A DNA stretch of 64,000 nt from Parasitella parasitica NRRL 2501 (lineage: Eukaryota > Fungi > Mucoromycota): positions 37,430 to 101,429 of the forward strand of contig MU619354.1 in NCBI GenBank assembly GCA_025201805.1, written 5' to 3'. The notes beneath the pieces were generated by a model. It searched no databases, had not been told where the DNA came from, and worked only from the letters and a program-made list of their open reading frames with translations. The position numbers and the translations under genes were made by a program. Shown piece by piece: positions 61,262 through 64,000 of this stretch. The stretch's first letter is position 1, and the number at the start of each line of letters is the position of its first letter.

Positions 61262-62916
61262 ATGAATGAAAAAATAGGAAAAACTAGCACAAAGTCCTCT
61301 TCCTTTGAGGAAAAAGGCCAAAATGACTATAATGATGTGTCCCATGAGTCCTTTGTAAAATCTGACGCAGAGAAGCGCTTTGTTCGAAAACTTAACACAA
61401 GATTATTACCACTTGCCAGTTTGATCATCTTCCTCCAGGTAAAATCGCATACGCACCAAGTACACACGAAGCACTTTATTAACAGACATGTATAAATAGT
61501 TTGTTGATAAAGCCGCATTAAGCGTTGCTGCTGTCTTGGGCATCCTTCAAGACACAAACATGACATTAAGCGATTACAGTTGGCTAGGTGCTCTTTTCTA
61601 CCTTGGCTATTTTGTCTGGCAATTACCCAATACGTATTTTCTTCAAAAATTTCCAATTGGCAAGTATCTTGGTTTTTTGTTGATTATTTGGGGCGCAATC
61701 ACCATTGCCACCGCTTTTGGCAAAAACTTTACTCAATTGGCCATTTTGCGTGTCCTCTTGGGCGTGTTTGAAGCAGGAACCTATCCCGCTTTGATTATGA
61801 TTTTCAACACTTTGTATCGTCGTAGCGAACAATCCGCCTGCTTTGGTTTCTTGTATTTGAGCAATGGTGTTGGTAGTGCTGTAGGTTCTGCTGCTGCTGT
61901 TGGCATCGCAAAAATGGGAAATCGACACGGTATAACAGCGTGGCAATGGTAAATAGATCTACCATATCGTTGGACCCTACATCAACCACAGATACTCACC
62001 ATATTCTCTATAGGGGCTATGTTATTTGGGGTATCATAACAGTTGCTATAGGCATAATTTCATTTATTTTCTTGATTGATGGCCCTGAATCTTGGTTTTT
62101 GCAGTTGACAGAAGAAGAAAAGGAGATTGTAAAGTTGCGTACTCAAGACAATGCGGTAGTGCGCAAACAAAAAGTAAAGCCTGGCCAATACTGGGAAGCG
62201 CTCAAGGAGCCTCGTCTATGGCTTCTTTTCATTACATCTCTCTCGCACAACCTTCAAAATGGTGGGTTGGTCACCTACAGCACCGTGTTAGTTCATGGTC
62301 TTGGTTTTGACTCCATTCAATCTATTCTCTTGCAAATTCCTAGTGGTGCTTTTACAGTCATATACATTGCTATCGCCGTCTTTATCAATCGTAAATCGAA
62401 ACAAATTATCTACACTGCTCTTATTTGCTATTCCGTATCTGCTTTGGGATGTTTGCTTTTAGCTGTTCTCCCAAACACTGGGATTAAACTCTTGGGATAT
62501 TACCTCACCTGGGCTCAAACTGGAAGTAAGTTACTTGATACATCGATTATGAAGACAATTGTTAGGTTAAACTTATGAAAATATCTATAGGCTATGTCAT
62601 GCTTATCTCTATTATTGGATCAACTGTATCTGGTTACTCAAAAAAAATCTTTTACAATGGCGCCAATATGTTGGCTTACACCATTGGTAACTTTGCTGGC
62701 CCTCTTATGCTTGTTTCCAGCACACAGCCTGCATATACTCCTACTATGTGGGGCTACTTTGGTGCTAACCTCCTCAACATCTTGTGTCTTTTAATTGTTC
62801 GTCTAATTCTAATTCGTACTAACAAGAAACGCGCGCCTGAAAGATCTGCTGAACCCACAGACGTTTACCTCAACTTGACGGATAAGGAAGATAAAAATTA
62901 TGTATACAGCTTGTAA
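61262..62916 (+). CDS. MFS transporter, allantoate permease (Dal5/ACS) family
   Basis: RKLN.RLLP, YSWLGALFYLGY, LRVLLGVFEA, YRRSEQ, EALKEPRLW, GYSKK, GNFAGP, DLTDKE-like C-terminus. Confidence 0.93.
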
Positions 62917-64000
62917 AACCCAACAAAAAAAGACCTAAGCATTCTATTTTATTTATCTTTATTATTTTTTGCGACATTTAATTACATTACTATTCAATTT
63001 AATCCATTTGATGCCTGCCACTCAATATTCTGAATCATATGTTTTAATAACTAATTTTTATAAATATCAACACACCAGTTTTTCCCCTTCTTTATAATAT
63101 GTGTGGCGCAAGACTGAATAAAAATACTACGGGAAGCTATGAGATTTGTAGTTCCAAAAAACCAGCATCCGTGTCCTTATAAAATATGTAAATTCTAGAC
63201 GACCACTGCTCCAAATACTTCCAGATTTTGATTTGTGGCTACTAGTAATCCTCAAATACTCGATAAAAATTGATTAGTCTGGTTCCACACAACTTTTTTA
63301 CAGGTAGAAAACTTTAAGGTTATGAACTCGAACCTAGTCATCGCTAGGCTCAGAGGATATATTATTACAATTTGTAAGAAAAAATACTAAATATTTAAAA
63401 TAAAAACCGAAACTAATGCCTTTTTATTGATTAATAAGAAAATCCCAACTTCTTACAATAAGTTAAATTTTGTAACACTAGTTGCTATTATGATTAAAAT
63501 TAACACTGGGAATGTAAAACAAAGTTTTTTACAAAATACTTTGCCTCAAAAAATTCCTCCTTGTAATTATACACGAATAATTACAGAACCTATAGAAATT
63601 AAACTCACACATTTATGGCACAATGTTTATCTTTCAATATTTATCATAAATATCAAATACAAATTTACATATCAGAATTGCATATAATCGATGATAGGCT
63701 TCCATAAAAAGCAAATAAAACCCGGTCTTATGCGCCATAAGAACAGGCATGATCATCGCTATCTGAGCATACCTTGCTTTCCATTCGCCAATGTCTCTAT
63801 CAAAAGTTATCTGCAAAAACAGTTTTATTTTTCAACATTTATCATAAATATCACATATTTGCTCATAACTTGTGCTAAAATGACCTTAGAACCGAGATCT
63901 AACTTGGAAAACTTAGCATTGACTTGGCGCTATCTGGCAACAACATTGGCATCCATGTTTTTATGGATATCTATAAAGTTAGCAGATGATATCACAAATT

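Noticed and set aside
1-64000. CRISPR arrays, rRNA, intact tRNAs, prokaryotic operons
   Set aside because: None seen. The sequence is spliceosomal-intron-containing fungal DNA.

Overview
Eukaryotic, AT-rich, intron-dense fungal DNA. Short (~50-70 nt) GT-AG introns, micro-exons and the gene set point to an early-diverging fungus, most likely Mucorales (inference). The window holds about 20 housekeeping genes: a Gcn4/Cpc1-type bZIP factor, a SAM methyltransferase, an FG-GAP propeller protein, LYAR-like, RSPRY1-like, Def1/UBAP2L-like, a NIPA Mg transporter, GLTP, AMPK-beta, RPE1, RPAP1/Rba50, ELG1, a LIM-RhoGAP, DNM1, VPS28, TIM22, an Egt2-like PLP lyase and a Dal5-family MFS transporter. Decayed accessory blocks lie between them: a zf-RVT LINE 3' fragment, a broken PD-(D/E)XK-like gene, an AT-rich desert at 23-27 kb, and an island at 36.3-41 kb. 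The most unusual item is that island: an intact, intronless gene with motifs resembling the nominally plant-specific DUF247 family, bracketed by poly(A) tracts and head-to-head with an internally deleted Crypton (tyrosine recombinase/Ndc10-like + GCR1_C) relic. The bZIP gene has a clear two-uORF leader. All family assignments come from motif recognition by eye, not database searches.
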